Of a DNA stretch of 64,000 nt, positions 36,089-49,300 are shown one piece after another. Under the pieces are notes generated by a model that saw only the letters and a list, made by a program, of their open reading frames with translations, ran no database searches and had not been told where the DNA came from. Source of the stretch: Botryllus schlosseri (lineage: Eukaryota). A program made the translations under genes and the position numbers. Within the stretch, counting starts at the first letter, position 1. Each line of letters begins with the position of its first letter. The stretch covers positions 8,620,001 to 8,684,000 of the forward strand of contig CM119372.1 in the NCBI GenBank assembly GCA_051294905.1, given 5' to 3'.

Positions 36089-37064
36089 AGGTCAGGAATG
36101 TGAACATTACATTGCGACGCGCTATCGTACCTATACGAAAGTATACACCGACGGTTCGAAAACAAATACGCGCGGTGGTGCAGCATTTTGGGTCGAAGAA
36201 CTTCAATATTCTAATTGGGCCACGCGTAACGCCAAACAATCGATATTTTCCTCGGAATTATATGCAATTATGTTAAGTTTAAATTGGGCGAGCAACGCAT
36301 GTATGCCGTCCAAACAGTTAGCGATATTCTCCGACAGTCAAAGCGCATTGATGTCCATCAAAAATAATGGCAATTCGAATAGTTTAACTGAAACTATTAT
36401 CTTACTCTGCAGAGACCTGGCAACAAAGGGAGTACAAGTGACGTTCATTTGGATTCCCGCTCACACAGGAATACGTGGCAATGAAAGGGCAGACGAACTC
36501 GCAAAACTCGCCTCTAGCACACCTGGATCCAACGACGAAAACGAAATCATTATGTCACTTGCCGAAATGAAGTCACACACCAATGGAATATGTATTGAGA
36601 AGTGGATGTCGGAATTGAACGACATCGAGCAAGACTCTTCGTACCTACGTTTACACGCACCATTCTCGTGCATTCCTCGTCCACGAAATTTGTCGCGGAG
36701 GGAATCATCCATTATATTACGACTACAAACTGGACACTGCAAATTGAACTATCACCTCCATCGCATGAGTTGTCATGACAGTGGTCTCTGCGAAACGTGC
36801 AGCGTACCAGAAACTGTCGAACATTTCCTACTATCGCGTCCTCGATACTATCACCAGAGACAATATTTAAAAAATGTAGCTGAACAGAGCAGTGTGAGCT
36901 TTAACTTGGACTGTCTGTTGACTGATCCGCGTATGGTTAATCCAGTCATAGAATTTGTTGTATTGTGTAGACGTATATGATTCAATTATTAGCTCCCCCA
37001 GGCCTGGTGCACAAGACCTTAGTAGTCGAGCACCATAAAACCCCTTATACATACATACATACAT
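36089..37064 (+). mobile_element. 5'-truncated non-LTR retrotransposon of the RNase H-bearing I group (I/Nimb/Ingi-like)
   Basis: Open frame to the stop at 36980 with RNase H motifs VYTDGSK, SELYAI, IFSDSQSAL, WIPAHTGIRGNERADELAK and C-terminal knuckle CETCSVPETVEHFLLSRP (last Cys replaced by Arg); (TACA)n tail; 12-bp TSD ACATGACAGGCC (36077-36088, 37065-37076). Confidence 0.93.
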
Positions 37065-37210
37065 ACATGACAGGCCTTACCTTACATGCCAGTATTTTCT
37101 ATACACTCCTAAACATCGCAGCATGGCGGACCAAGCCAACCCGTTTCATGTAAATCAGCTCAGACATATATGGACAATGGACATACATTATAACGGGAGC
37201 GACTACCATG

Positions 37211-38021
37211 CAGACCTGGACAACCAGATAATTCTGGTTGTCTAATTTCACTAAATTAGAGTGAAATGCAACCTAATCCAATTCTAATCTAATTTGTGAA
37301 ATGTTTCCATGCTCTAATTCTAATTCTAATCCAATTTATTGCTTTTCTGAAAATACCTCGTAGTCCGCGGCATTTTACAGCGAGTTAACAAGAATATCCC
37401 TCTCGCGCAGGGAAATCCAGTGCCAAGACACCATCGCATTACTTACACCGTACTTGCAATCATAGTAGTAATTGTGACGAATGATAGCCATGCGTAAGTA
37501 CAACGCCGAGGCCGTTTCGGCTGGTGTGGTATGGTGCTGTTGGGCACTGGCGAATAGCTTGTTTCGGAACAACAACAATAATTTAAAACAAATCAATTTC
37601 AGCATTTCCAAATGCTTTACTTCGCGTTCCAAAATCACAAATCAGATCGCCTGCCGCATGTGGCCCGCATCTTGGTAAGCCCTGGTGAGTCCAAAACGAG
37701 CCAAGTTTGGTGTACAGACGTTAAACATTCTCATGCTTATGAGAACGCACTGTGATTTGATATGTTCTGAACTTGATTTTTGCCGTATTCATTTCTCATT
37801 CACAATATCATTCAATTTCCAAGTTTTATGCGAATTCAGTAATTCTAATTCTAATTTTAATCTAATCTGAAAAATTGCGTAGCTCTAATTCAAATTCTAA
37901 TCTAATTTGGAAAAAACTGTGTAGCTCTAATTCTAATCTAGTTTGGAAATAACTGTGTAGCTCTAATTTTAATTCTAATCTAATTTGCAAAAGCTGAAAT
38001 TTTTCTGGTTGTCCAAGTCGG
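37211..38021. mobile_element. MITE, CAGACTTGGACAAC family
   Basis: CAGACCTGGACAACCAG / CTGGTTGTCCAAGTCGG; perfect 8-bp TSD CTACCATG. Confidence 0.9.
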
Positions 38022-40280
38022 CTACCATGATCCTATTATTACACAGGATTCATCCTCCATATTACGGCTATAATCCCGTGATCATCACATTCATCAGCAT
38101 CATCATTCGTGTATCATTTAGATTTAGTAGGCTATACTAACTTAGCGTGACGTGCGTTATCGTCAATAGCAGCTGTCTTATAGCACAAGGACTGCCTTAT
38201 GGGTTCTATTGTTCACTACGTTGGAACTTAGCCTCGACACCTTTGAGTCTAGTCTATCTAGTGCTCTGGTGCATTCGGCATGTGTTCAAATGTAGAGTAC
38301 GAGTAATAATTCCGGCGTCTCAGACTTGCGCGGGCGTGTGGCTTCGAATTGCCAAATGTATACAGTATTTTAGTTCCATTTCGCATTTGGCCAGTTCATC
38401 AATGGCACGATACGTTTATCACCCGATCGAAACATTCACTGTCACACCTAACTCGCGAACGGGTGTGATGAATAGTTTCCTCCCTTGCTGAAAACTGCAT
38501 GTATAGCCTACAAGATACATACACGTACGTACAGTCCCCCCCCATCAGTAGCTATACGATATCGGTCGACATGACCTTTAGCACATACATATACATGCAT
38601 CATTACAGCATGGACTACCACGGCTACGATTCCACGCATCAATTCACTTTTTAGGGTTATTTTCCTGCTTCATTTCACGCGCCACACCCTATTTCACTCG
38701 TGTGGCGGGATTTGTACACGGGGCGCGTGACGACATTTATTGCTCTACATCAGGGATCATCAACTCAAAGCGGGTCTCGGGCCACTTTTCAAATTTCGTG
38801 AAGGCCGCGGGTCGCAGGAATGCAATATCGAGACAAAATAGGCCACGCAGTTGTGCACTGTGCCGCCATGTTTTTAAAACTTTGCGTTAGTGCAACGCCG
38901 TGCTCTCTGAGATGGGCGATGGGCTGGTCATACTATATGTCATATAGTTACCACAAAAGTAGCAATATTTTATTAAAGAATTACCAACAAGAATAAACAA
39001 AACTGAAAATATCATGATTATCAACTTTTTTTGACTAAGAGCTGCGCACGATACCTGACAACTCTTTTTAGCGACTAAGGAATCGATAATTGGGGCTAGC
39101 GAGACACGGTACGAGCTGGAGGACTATCTCCTCCTAAAGCTTGATCTTGTGGGGTATAGCCCTTAGCCGTTTTCTAAGCGTCTCAAACTTGACATTCACG
39201 TCAAGGCAATGTGCCCAACCGCCCAGTCATATCAGCTGATTCTCCCTCGATGGAATAGAATATATAGTTAATGGTGATGTTGTACACACGCGAAAGCTTA
39301 TTTTGAAGCAACAACAACAATATTTTGAAATTGAAATCAAGCTCAGCATTTCAAAATGCTTCTCCTCGGCATCCTTCCGAAATCTCAAATCAGATCGCGG
39401 GCCGCAAGCAAAAGATGACCTCGCGGGCAGCGATGTGTCGTAATATAGAGAGTTGATGGTCTACTTTAGGCGCACGTCACGATGGTGCAAGTGTTGTACG
39501 AAACTCTTTAAAAGTAGCCTGCATCTCGTTTCGGACATGTGATATGTGAAATGTACTTTTAAACAAACTTCGTTAAATTCCGACAGTGGAATTTACCGAC
39601 GTTAGCAGGATAACGGAGGCTATACCAATCAGTAACGCCTAATCTAATATCAAAAAGGAAGCATTAAATAAAGTTCACAAATCACAATATTATAGGTTTA
39701 CCATATTTTTAGATCCGGAAAAGAGGACACATTTTACAAATCAAAATATCGATAATATCGGACGAGAAAACGGATAATTTGGAAATATCTTTACAGGAAA
39801 TTCTGTGGTGTCATTTTTCCATCTCGACTCCCGAAAGACCCGCTCAAACGTTCCGATTCCATATTTGGCATCAAATATTGTTTTCAGTTATGCCTGTATT
39901 TAGTCAAAAACTGGACAAGGATATCCCGTCTTCAACCAAAGTCACGTATGATCCGAAATACAGCACGTTAACATACACTTCCAGTCGGTACACTTCGTTG
40001 AATAATATTCTCTAAATCTAAAACATAGTAGCCTGCATTTAGACCAGATGATGAAATCATTAAAAAAACGTCAGACTGTGCAGAATACGTTACGTATCAA
40101 GTATCATATCACAGCGTTGTTGTGGGTTGTAAGTTCCATCTTCAAAATATCTGAGATTTGCCTAGAAGACTGGATTGCTGTTATGTCGAAGAAAGATGTG
40201 AGCACAAATGCATGCCTGCTATAGTCCAATCTAAATTTTCCTACCCGTACGGCTGCCTCAGAATCCGCAATAGGAAAATA

Positions 40281-40354
40281 TCATGCGAATATTCGGTAAC
40301 AGAAAAATGAAAATAAGATTTGAATCATCAGTTGAAAAACTCCCCGAGTCCCTC
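40281..40354 (-). CDS. CAP gene exon 6 (hydrophobic C-terminal tail and stop)
   Basis: CAG acceptor 40357-40355 after a 67-nt intron; GGTRGVFQLMIQILFSFFCYRIFA*. Confidence 0.7.
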
Positions 40355-43300
40355 CTGGTTAAATGCAATAAAGTTCCGTAAGTAAATCAACAGTGAGATC
40401 CGTTAGGTATGATCGAATTACCCAGTTTCATTGATGAATTCGAACAAAGCCAATCGTCATCCCAGTAGCCTTCTGGGCACGCGCTCGATGGGCCACCAGA
40501 TTCATATATGCTTTGCCCTGGATGTAAATACGTAGAGATTTGTATCAACGAAATACGAAATTCATCGCATTCTACTTTCAGCAACCTATGACTTAGACAA
40601 GCAGGCATGCAATTTTAATCTGAAACACCTTTACGCATGTACTGCGTTCATTGAGTCATGCCAACAGTGCTTTTCTAATCTTTATTCTTATTATGGTATA
40701 ACATAAATTATTGCGATGATCGTTTGCGATATAATCAACACTATACGCGACAGTGATAATATCATTGCGGCGTGGGGCTATGTGTGCTGTAATTATCCCG
40801 GCGGACATACCTTGGTATACCCCAATACGAGGCGGACTTGCACCTCTGATCGGAAAGTTTTGTTACCATCGACCGTTCTATATATCGCTAAAAGTTGCGA
40901 CAAATTTCGAGATGGTTCGAGGTAGTTGTAATAATATGTATTCCTTCGCAAACTTTGGGGTTGAATGATTTTGAACGTCTACAAGTGCATGAAGCAGGTA
41001 ACATAATTTATACTGTACACCAGACTTGGATCAATTACATTAATTCAGTTTAATTACAATTACAATTACTCAATGCTAAAAATATCAAATTACAATTACA
41101 ATTAGAATTACTTTTAAACATGTAATTATTACAATTACAATTACTGTTAAACATGTAATTGATTCGGTAGAAAGGTGTTCTTTGACAACCGTAGCGACTT
41201 TATTAGCAACAATCTCAAGGTATTCATGTTTCATTCATGATACGTAGAATACCCTTTAATTGACAAAAATTCGAACGTATTCGAACTATTCCTAATCATG
41301 AGTACTGAAAACTACAAACACAGAAAAATGTTTCAAGTGACTATTAACAACCATAAGTTTGAGCGATTAACAGCGAATAGGCTACAGGACAGTCAATGAA
41401 ATGTAATCAAACGAATAGGCTACTCAGAGCTGAGTAAGGCAAATGAAATGTAATTGGTAAGGCGTCAGCGATACTCGAGTACTCGAATCATTGTGCCCAG
41501 CCCTAATTATAACTAGGGCTGGGCACAATGATTCGAGTACTCGAATCTGAATCGAGTATTAATTCTAATGATTCGAGTCGAGCAGTAAAAGACGATTTTT
41601 CCGGGTACTAAGATTATAAGCTCCTCACCACTGAAAATTAATTTATCAACGAGAATTGTAGTTTCGGTACTATTTTTCACTGTTGAAGCCTTGAAACCTT
41701 GATTGGCGGTATATGGTTGCATACAAAACATATAGTACAAAGCTGCGAAGGTTACTGGACGTAGCACATTTCTGAAGTCATTATTATCCCACAACATTGT
41801 CACAAGTATAGAATGAAATTGGGATGATCGAAAAAGTGCTGGCTAACATGCATTATATTCTTTGCGGTGGCATAAACGGAACATATTTCAACTTTGACGT
41901 ATATCATTCTGTTATGACGTCATAATGAGTGATACTCGATTACTCGACTCGACTCGAAGCATATTACGTGATTCAGAATCGAATCACTCAGGTAATCGAT
42001 TTTGCCCAGCCCTTATTTATAACTCATCGTCACTAGTACGGATGGACAAAATCGAGTATCTGGACGACATGATTCCAAATACAGTGAGTATTCGATTACC
42101 TCCTATCATGGCGTCATGACAGTAATAATAGCAGGCTCAATACGTATCTTTTTGCGACCACAAAATATTGACCCCAGTTACGCGTCATTCAAAATAATTT
42201 TGCATTGCTGGGTCATAATGACGATATCGTATAGTGCAGTGGTTCTCAACCGGGGGTCCGCGAAGCATTTTCAGGAGGTCCGCTAAGCCTCAAAATAGTT
42301 GATAACCTAATTTGTATTTTTTTTTAATTCGGAAAAGCACGAGGCAGTTTCGCTTCATTAATAGTAAAACTCCAGAGCTCACATCAATAGAATGGCCATC
42401 GGAGATGAAATATCCTACTGTGCAGACTTATTTTAATTGCTAAATTGCCAATAGCCTACTGATACAAACATTTTGCTGTTTAGAGATGTTTTGTTGGGAT
42501 TGTAGAAAAAAAGTTTGATGAGTAAGGTCAATCACGGTGACTTCAAAATGTTTACAAAATTCCATTTTCTCCTGTGATATACTCAACCATTTTTCCATAA
42601 CAACTTCAAGATAAGCGTCCAGATAGAAATGACCAGGCTTGACGCTATATGTTCATTAAAGAAATTTTTGTCAATTTTGGTGCCATATTTACGCGTTATT
42701 ATTACATTCGCCACCGCCTATATTTGTGGAAATGGATTTTCGGCACTCGTTCATATCAAATCGAAGGCGCGGATTTTCAAGACACGGCCACGCATTTCAG
42801 GAAATGCAGTTGCAGAATTCGCTTACCCAATTTTGACATGAAATAGCATGATCTTATTTTCAAGAGAGGTCATTTTTTGCTGTTTATCCCTAAGCCTACA
42901 GCTTTCATTTGCACAAGACATACGACGATTGCAAGATATTTCAGCTAAATTTGAACTAAAACTTCATGGAGGTGCGCGAGGTCCGTGACGGTCCGAAAGG
43001 GGTCCGCGAAGACAAAAAGGTGGAGAACCGCTGGTATAGTGCTTTGTGACCATTGTCAGTTGACAGGGTCGATACAATACAATACAATACAATACATTGG
43101 GTTATAATTTTCACCTGAACAAGCTACACATAAAATGTACAATGCGATAAGACACAATGCAATGTAACGAACAGATAGGAGGATGTCGAACGACACGCAT
43201 CAGTAGCGATCCTTTACTCAAACATCCACCTCGGCCTACAGTGCCCGATGTCACAGTTCCTTTTCGATGTTGATCTTTTTGAAGCCGCGGCCCTTTCTAC

Positions 43301-46300
43301 TAGCTCTTTCCATTCCTTGTGAGTGCTTTCTTTTTTCGGGTCTTTTTTTATGCTTTTTTGTCGCCGTAAGAACGGCGACAGCGGGGGAAGAGGAGCCCAA
43401 ATGAACCTCCGACGGGAATCGAATCGGATCCGCCTGCTTGGTAGGCGCTTATCGTCTATCGATCTCTCATAGGGATGGTATGAACGTGAGGTTCACGTTC
43501 GGGTTCTGTGTGCGAACCTCGGAAATTTAGAGGTTCACGTTCACAAACGAACCTTGGTAGGTTCTTCACTGTGAACCTATTTCATATATTACAATTTTCA
43601 CTTCATTATAACAATATTGGTTGAACTCTATGCATGGCGCTGGCAACATAAAAAATCAACACTAAACGAGCATGCACCTTGACAATCTAAAACATTTTAC
43701 TTGCTTTGATACAAAAGTTTGCTCGAAATATCCAGCTTTCCGTTTGTGAATATTTAGTGACTCTCTGCTGTGAGCTTGACCCGCAATCACACAACATGAA
43801 GAACGAAATACGCTACAAGTAGGTAGTCAGCGAATGATACATATTTAAACAATCAGTGAAATTGATATTATTGTCTGATGTAAAAAAATCTAGCAGGCGT
43901 ACGAGGTTAATCTTGACTTCATGTTTATTGTATCATAAAAAACCAAATCCGTGCGATTGGAGTGTTGGCTGCGGCTGTATAACTTGTTAAAGGGGTAATA
44001 TCGCTAGCAAGTACAGAAAGCCGTTTTACACTCTGCTCAATATCAACGTTGCAATACTCAGACGCCGAATACATTGTTCGGTCTGGCCTGGACCGTTAAG
44101 GCGTAAGCTTATATTCCCTTGCAAGTCCCCGTCGAAATTGATGGCGCAAAGCGACGGAAGATATTGATTTTATGGGATTCCTTGTCCAGCGGCATATGCA
44201 CAACATGCACTCATGGTATGCATATGCACACTTGCCCAGATCGTGTATATGTATATCGTGAGTCGGTGTATATGCCGCAAAAACATCAAGGACAAAAATA
44301 AACTACGTCCTTATATCATTTGATTGCCTCAGTTGATACATTTGGCGACGTTTAAAACGTCGATGCGTACTTCAGCACTGTGGCATTATGTGGCCCGAGT
44401 CGTCGCTAGGTATCGTACATTAATGAAATGTAGGGCTGGAAATTGCAATATGACGCCACGTGACGTCATGAGGTTCGAGTTCGCGTTCACACAGAACCTG
44501 AACCTTTCAGAGGTTCACACTTCACACCATCCCCTATCACTCATTCACATAAATGTTGTTTCACGAATTTCAGCATATAGCTTCGTGCAACACGATTTTG
44601 ATAATGAATTACGGCTAATCGAGGTTTCGTGACTCCATCGGGGAAATCCAGTATTGAAACTATATTTTTCGTCGAGAAAAATGCGAAGGCATATATATTC
44701 CACTAAAAAAAATCGATTCTCACTATCTCGAGACTCGAGTCATTTCACGACTCGAATTCCAGTACCTGAATCGTTCTGTCCAGTTCCAGTAACTAGTAAA
44801 GTAACACGAACCAGGTATAGGAGACATTCGGAGGAAAATGCGCCAAACAATGAGTCGGTGTTTGAAGGCCGAAAATTCAATATGACTTATGAATCATTTT
44901 CCTCGCGTTGCGGGGTCTCGCCCACTCATTTCACTCCATCAAATTATCAATCGGCAAAATGCATCACTTCCTGCCAGATATCTCCCTCATGATACCATAT
45001 TACTGATAGTAAACGTGTTAATGTACCTTGTACATTCCCGCCGGGTGAATAATTACACACGACTAATGTTGCATGGCTCCATTTCTTTGTGCCTCCATTC
45101 ACCTTGTCACAAGTAGTCATACCACATCCAATTAGTTCACTCTTCGCCCATGCGACCTAGACGAAGTTACACGAGATGACGTAATTGGTCTACCTGGAAC
45201 TCGTGTTAGGGAGTCACTACTCACTGTAGTATCAAACAGGAAGATTTCACTTTGACCAAACTCACCCACACGAGTTAGTTAGGCCTATCTATACTCTGAC
45301 TTGGGGCTGTATGGCGACATTGAGCAGTGCAAGTGCTAGGCATATGACAGATCTGGGCATTGTGCGGCCCGCGAAAAGTTCCTTGGAATTTAGACTATAG
45401 AATCTATTTAATAATGTTTGTTAATGCGTGGACAAAAACTACGGTATAAACTGATCGGAAAATGCATTTACTTTGAAGTCTACTTTATTCATGTACCGTG
45501 ATTACTCAACCTCCATAAGTCGTGTGAGTAATCCAGGCTCAAATTAATGCCAATATAGCTAATTATGCCGAAACATTTTAGGTTACAAGTCACTGTTTCA
45601 ATAATCAAATTCAATTAGTGTCTGTTGCCGGGTCTGTGCTTTACACTGTTACGCCTTACCTTTCCAAATCCTAATTCGAAAAATATTGCAATCAGAGCAC
45701 GTGATTAGCGGCCATCCACACTCACAAGCGATGCTGTGTCAAGCAATGAAAGATGTGACTGAATGCCTACATATGTCAACAAGATTTGGAGCACCAAATA
45801 TCTGTTCACTGCGTGAACCGGTCTTTTAACTTCATAGTGAGCACCGAGCAGCACCGAGTCAGTATTATGAGAGAAATCATGCAGGGAATATATACACTTG
45901 GCTTATGCGAACCTACTAGCGAAGCTAGCAAAACAGCAAAGTTGTTTTACCAAGCCACACCGTGCTCGGGACGCAGCCTACAGCATTAACGGACCCACTT
46001 AACAACACGTGTTAGCATTGTAATTCACTGATTTTAATTTAGAAATAAAACTGGACAGCGCCGAACGTAGTCGAAACTTTAGTCGCGGCCTGCCTTATAC
46101 GCATATATTCTGCTTCATATTTGGCCCCGCCGGGAAAAATAATTGCGCACCCCTGGCATATATGAAGAGGTTCATGACACCGCCGCGCGAACCATGATTT
46201 GACATAATATCAGGAAATGTGTTATATCTATGATTTCGTGATATTGATGAAATTGTTTGGGATAAAATATTATCAGAAATATCATAGAGCTAATATTCAC

Positions 46301-49300
46301 TCACAAGCGGACTCGGAAGATGTGGTGTGGGCACTGGGTAAAACTATATATTGTAATGGGTCATATCATATTACAAGACCATCCATATGGCGGATAGTTA
46401 TCAATTAATTTTCCAACCTGCGTATAATGCCCGCATACTTCATTTGCTTGACATCTCCGGGTGTAATAGTCATAATACTGTTTCTCCGCATCCCAACTAA
46501 CAACCGCGCTCGCTCCAAATTCATCCGTGATGTCTTGTTGAGCAGAAATGAATATATTCTCGCCAATATATCCCATACCCTCCACTTTTCGCTTCTGTAT
46601 GAAACGCTCAATGATGCGTATACTTAGAACAGGGGTCGGCAACTCAAAACGGGGTGCCACTTTTCTACTTTCGTGGAGGCCTCAGGGCCTCAACAGCTAA
46701 TGAGAATTCGTATAAATTATAAAGGGTTCCAGCAGTTCTCCGAAATCCATATTCTCGTATTTATTCATAACCTATAATTAACATTGACGAATTTCGCCAC
46801 CTAAACTGATATCAAACCATCCGTTACCAAGGCGAACCGCGTTCGATTCCCGTCGGAGGTTTATCTGGGCTCCTCTTGCCGTTCTTACGGCGACAAAACA
46901 GCCCAGAAAAAGACCCGACGAAAGAAAGCACTCACAATGAATGGAAGAGAACTAGCAGAAAGGGCCGCGGCTTGAAAGAGATCAACATCGAAAAAGAACT
47001 GTGACATCGGGCACTCTAGGCCGAGGTGGATGTTAGAGTAAAGGATCGCTACTGATGCGTGTCGTTCGACATCCTCCTATCTGTTCATGGCATCGCATTG
47101 TGTCTTATCGCATTGTACATTGTGTGTGACTTGTTCAGATCAAAAATATAACCCAACCATGTTATGTTATGTTATGTTATGTTAAGGTATGCTTATTTGC
47201 AGGATATTTTTGGATATTTATAAATAAATTAAAATAAAACTTTTTAAAAATTTTCGTGTGAATTGTTGTCGTGAGTTGTCTTGATATTAATATGGGTACT
47301 CCTCAATAAAAAGCGCATAATTTATGGAGATAGGCATTTCGGCGTCGGCCATAACCGCGTCACGATACATCAGGATATTGATAATGACGTTTCGACTGAC
47401 ATGCGACTCTATGAAGTGTGCTGCCAAAAAGCTCGGCGGCAAGGAAACCTTGACCCGAAAGGACCAACCCATGTTGGCCGAAACCGATATATCAGTGGTC
47501 GGGGACCTATGGCTCGCGAGTCATATATGGCTCTTTTGGGTATAAGATGTAGTGACCTTTCGAGGAAAGCGTTAGGTAGACGAAGACGAAACTGCTTGAC
47601 AGCTTTCTAGGTTTTTATTAACTGAAATTCGGCTACAATCAACTTCACGGAACTAAGGCATGCACTCGACAACACAGGTATAAGCAACTGAGGTACGAAA
47701 GGAATGAACAGAGCGAAGTAAACTAATTACAGTAATCAGCACTTATACAATCACAACAATCACCACATAAGACATGGCTCTTTGAGAAATTTTCAATTTT
47801 GTACTTAATTTATCAATATTCCAGCAACTCGTTGGTAAACTTTCATGACAGCGAGAATAATTCTTCTCGTGGAAGCATATACATGTATTTAAAGGTCAAG
47901 ACAGTGGGGTATCCATGGTTGGGCGCTCGTACCACCCTCTTTTCAAAATCCCGAAATTTAAGTTGCTGACGCACCGGCGACTAACACCACTCGCGATTTC
48001 GATCTAACCACCATCGCGCGCCTGGGAATCTTGCACTGCACGATACCTTGATTGACGAAAGAGAATAGCAGACATCGCGACACTTGTAGGACAATGCAGT
48101 TTTCTAATACACATAGTCTTCCTTATCTACGCCGAGAAACAAAATGCATAGGAAGTGACATTCACAATTATAAATTCAAATTAAAAACAACGCCATAGCT
48201 ATCCATTTTCTTGATTGGTTAGTAGCTTTCTACTTTCTAGCACTGCCGTAAAAATGTAGGTGAGTAACGTAACATTAAGTTCCGCCGATTATTTTAGAAG
48301 TCGATCAATACTTGGATATTCAGAATCAATGCGACAATTTCATTTAAATAATATCAGTGATCATAAATTCTAAGCTATTTACGATGAGTTGCGCTGTCAC
48401 ACCCAGGTGAGGCTTGGCCCGTCCGTGACTTATCTGAGCCTTACCTCTCCTTTCGTGCTGTATTTACGAACAATAAATATATAAATTCCGTGATTTTCGG
48501 AACAAAAATTTTCAAAATCAAGTCATTCATAAACATCGATAGAAGATACCAATAACCATTGAATGGTTCACAAAGTCTTCACTCATCCCTGACGACATCT
48601 GAGGCACTGACTCATTTTCCTCCCCTAACCCCACGTGTCCACGTCACTGACGTATCAGTGACCATATGTTTGGCTCCACCCACCCATATGGGAAGAAAAA
48701 TATGGCACACACCACGAATCCCATATAGTGCTACCAATACGTGACGGATGTTACATCGTGCGTAACAGTTGATTGACATGTATGGCTCGTTGGGAGTTAC
48801 AATTGAAAATATTGGGCCAATATGGCTCTTTGATCGAAACAGGTTCCCGACCACTGCGATATATGTCATGTATGTCGAATTTTCCCCTGTCCATTGTAGG
48901 CGCGTAACTGGATGGCGCCTAATATTGTAGTCCTGCTAACCTGAGCCCCACATTACAAATGCCATCCGTAGATAAAAAGTATGCACCCCTTAAAGAAATG
49001 CCACTTTGTGTCGTGTTGCGTCACACGGAAGAATTTCTTTTGGTCTGGTACGTTAGAGCGATTCGAAAATCTTTTGAGTATATAGCAGACGGAAGGTCAC
49101 GAAATAACAACATACAACAAATTATTTGGTAACAACGGGCCCGTCCGCAGATGTATAAGTATTAATTGCGGGCAGCAATTAAAAATTTGACTGTAATATA
49201 TGCAATTACAATTTCATTGACCGAATTGAACCATATCTTTAACGCCTCGCTCGACGAGACAACACAAGTTCCTAAACCACCTATAACAAGGATATTATAG

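Noticed and set aside
36270..36980. Stand-alone host RNase H gene
   Set aside because: Flanked by a TSD and a (TACA)n tail, 5'-truncated, and carries the LINE C-terminal knuckle.
40716..40925. Plus-strand ORF containing VCCNYPGG, like the CAP VCNY motif
   Set aside because: Opposite strand to the CAP gene, no other CAP motifs or splice context; the true motif is in the exon at 45156-45027.
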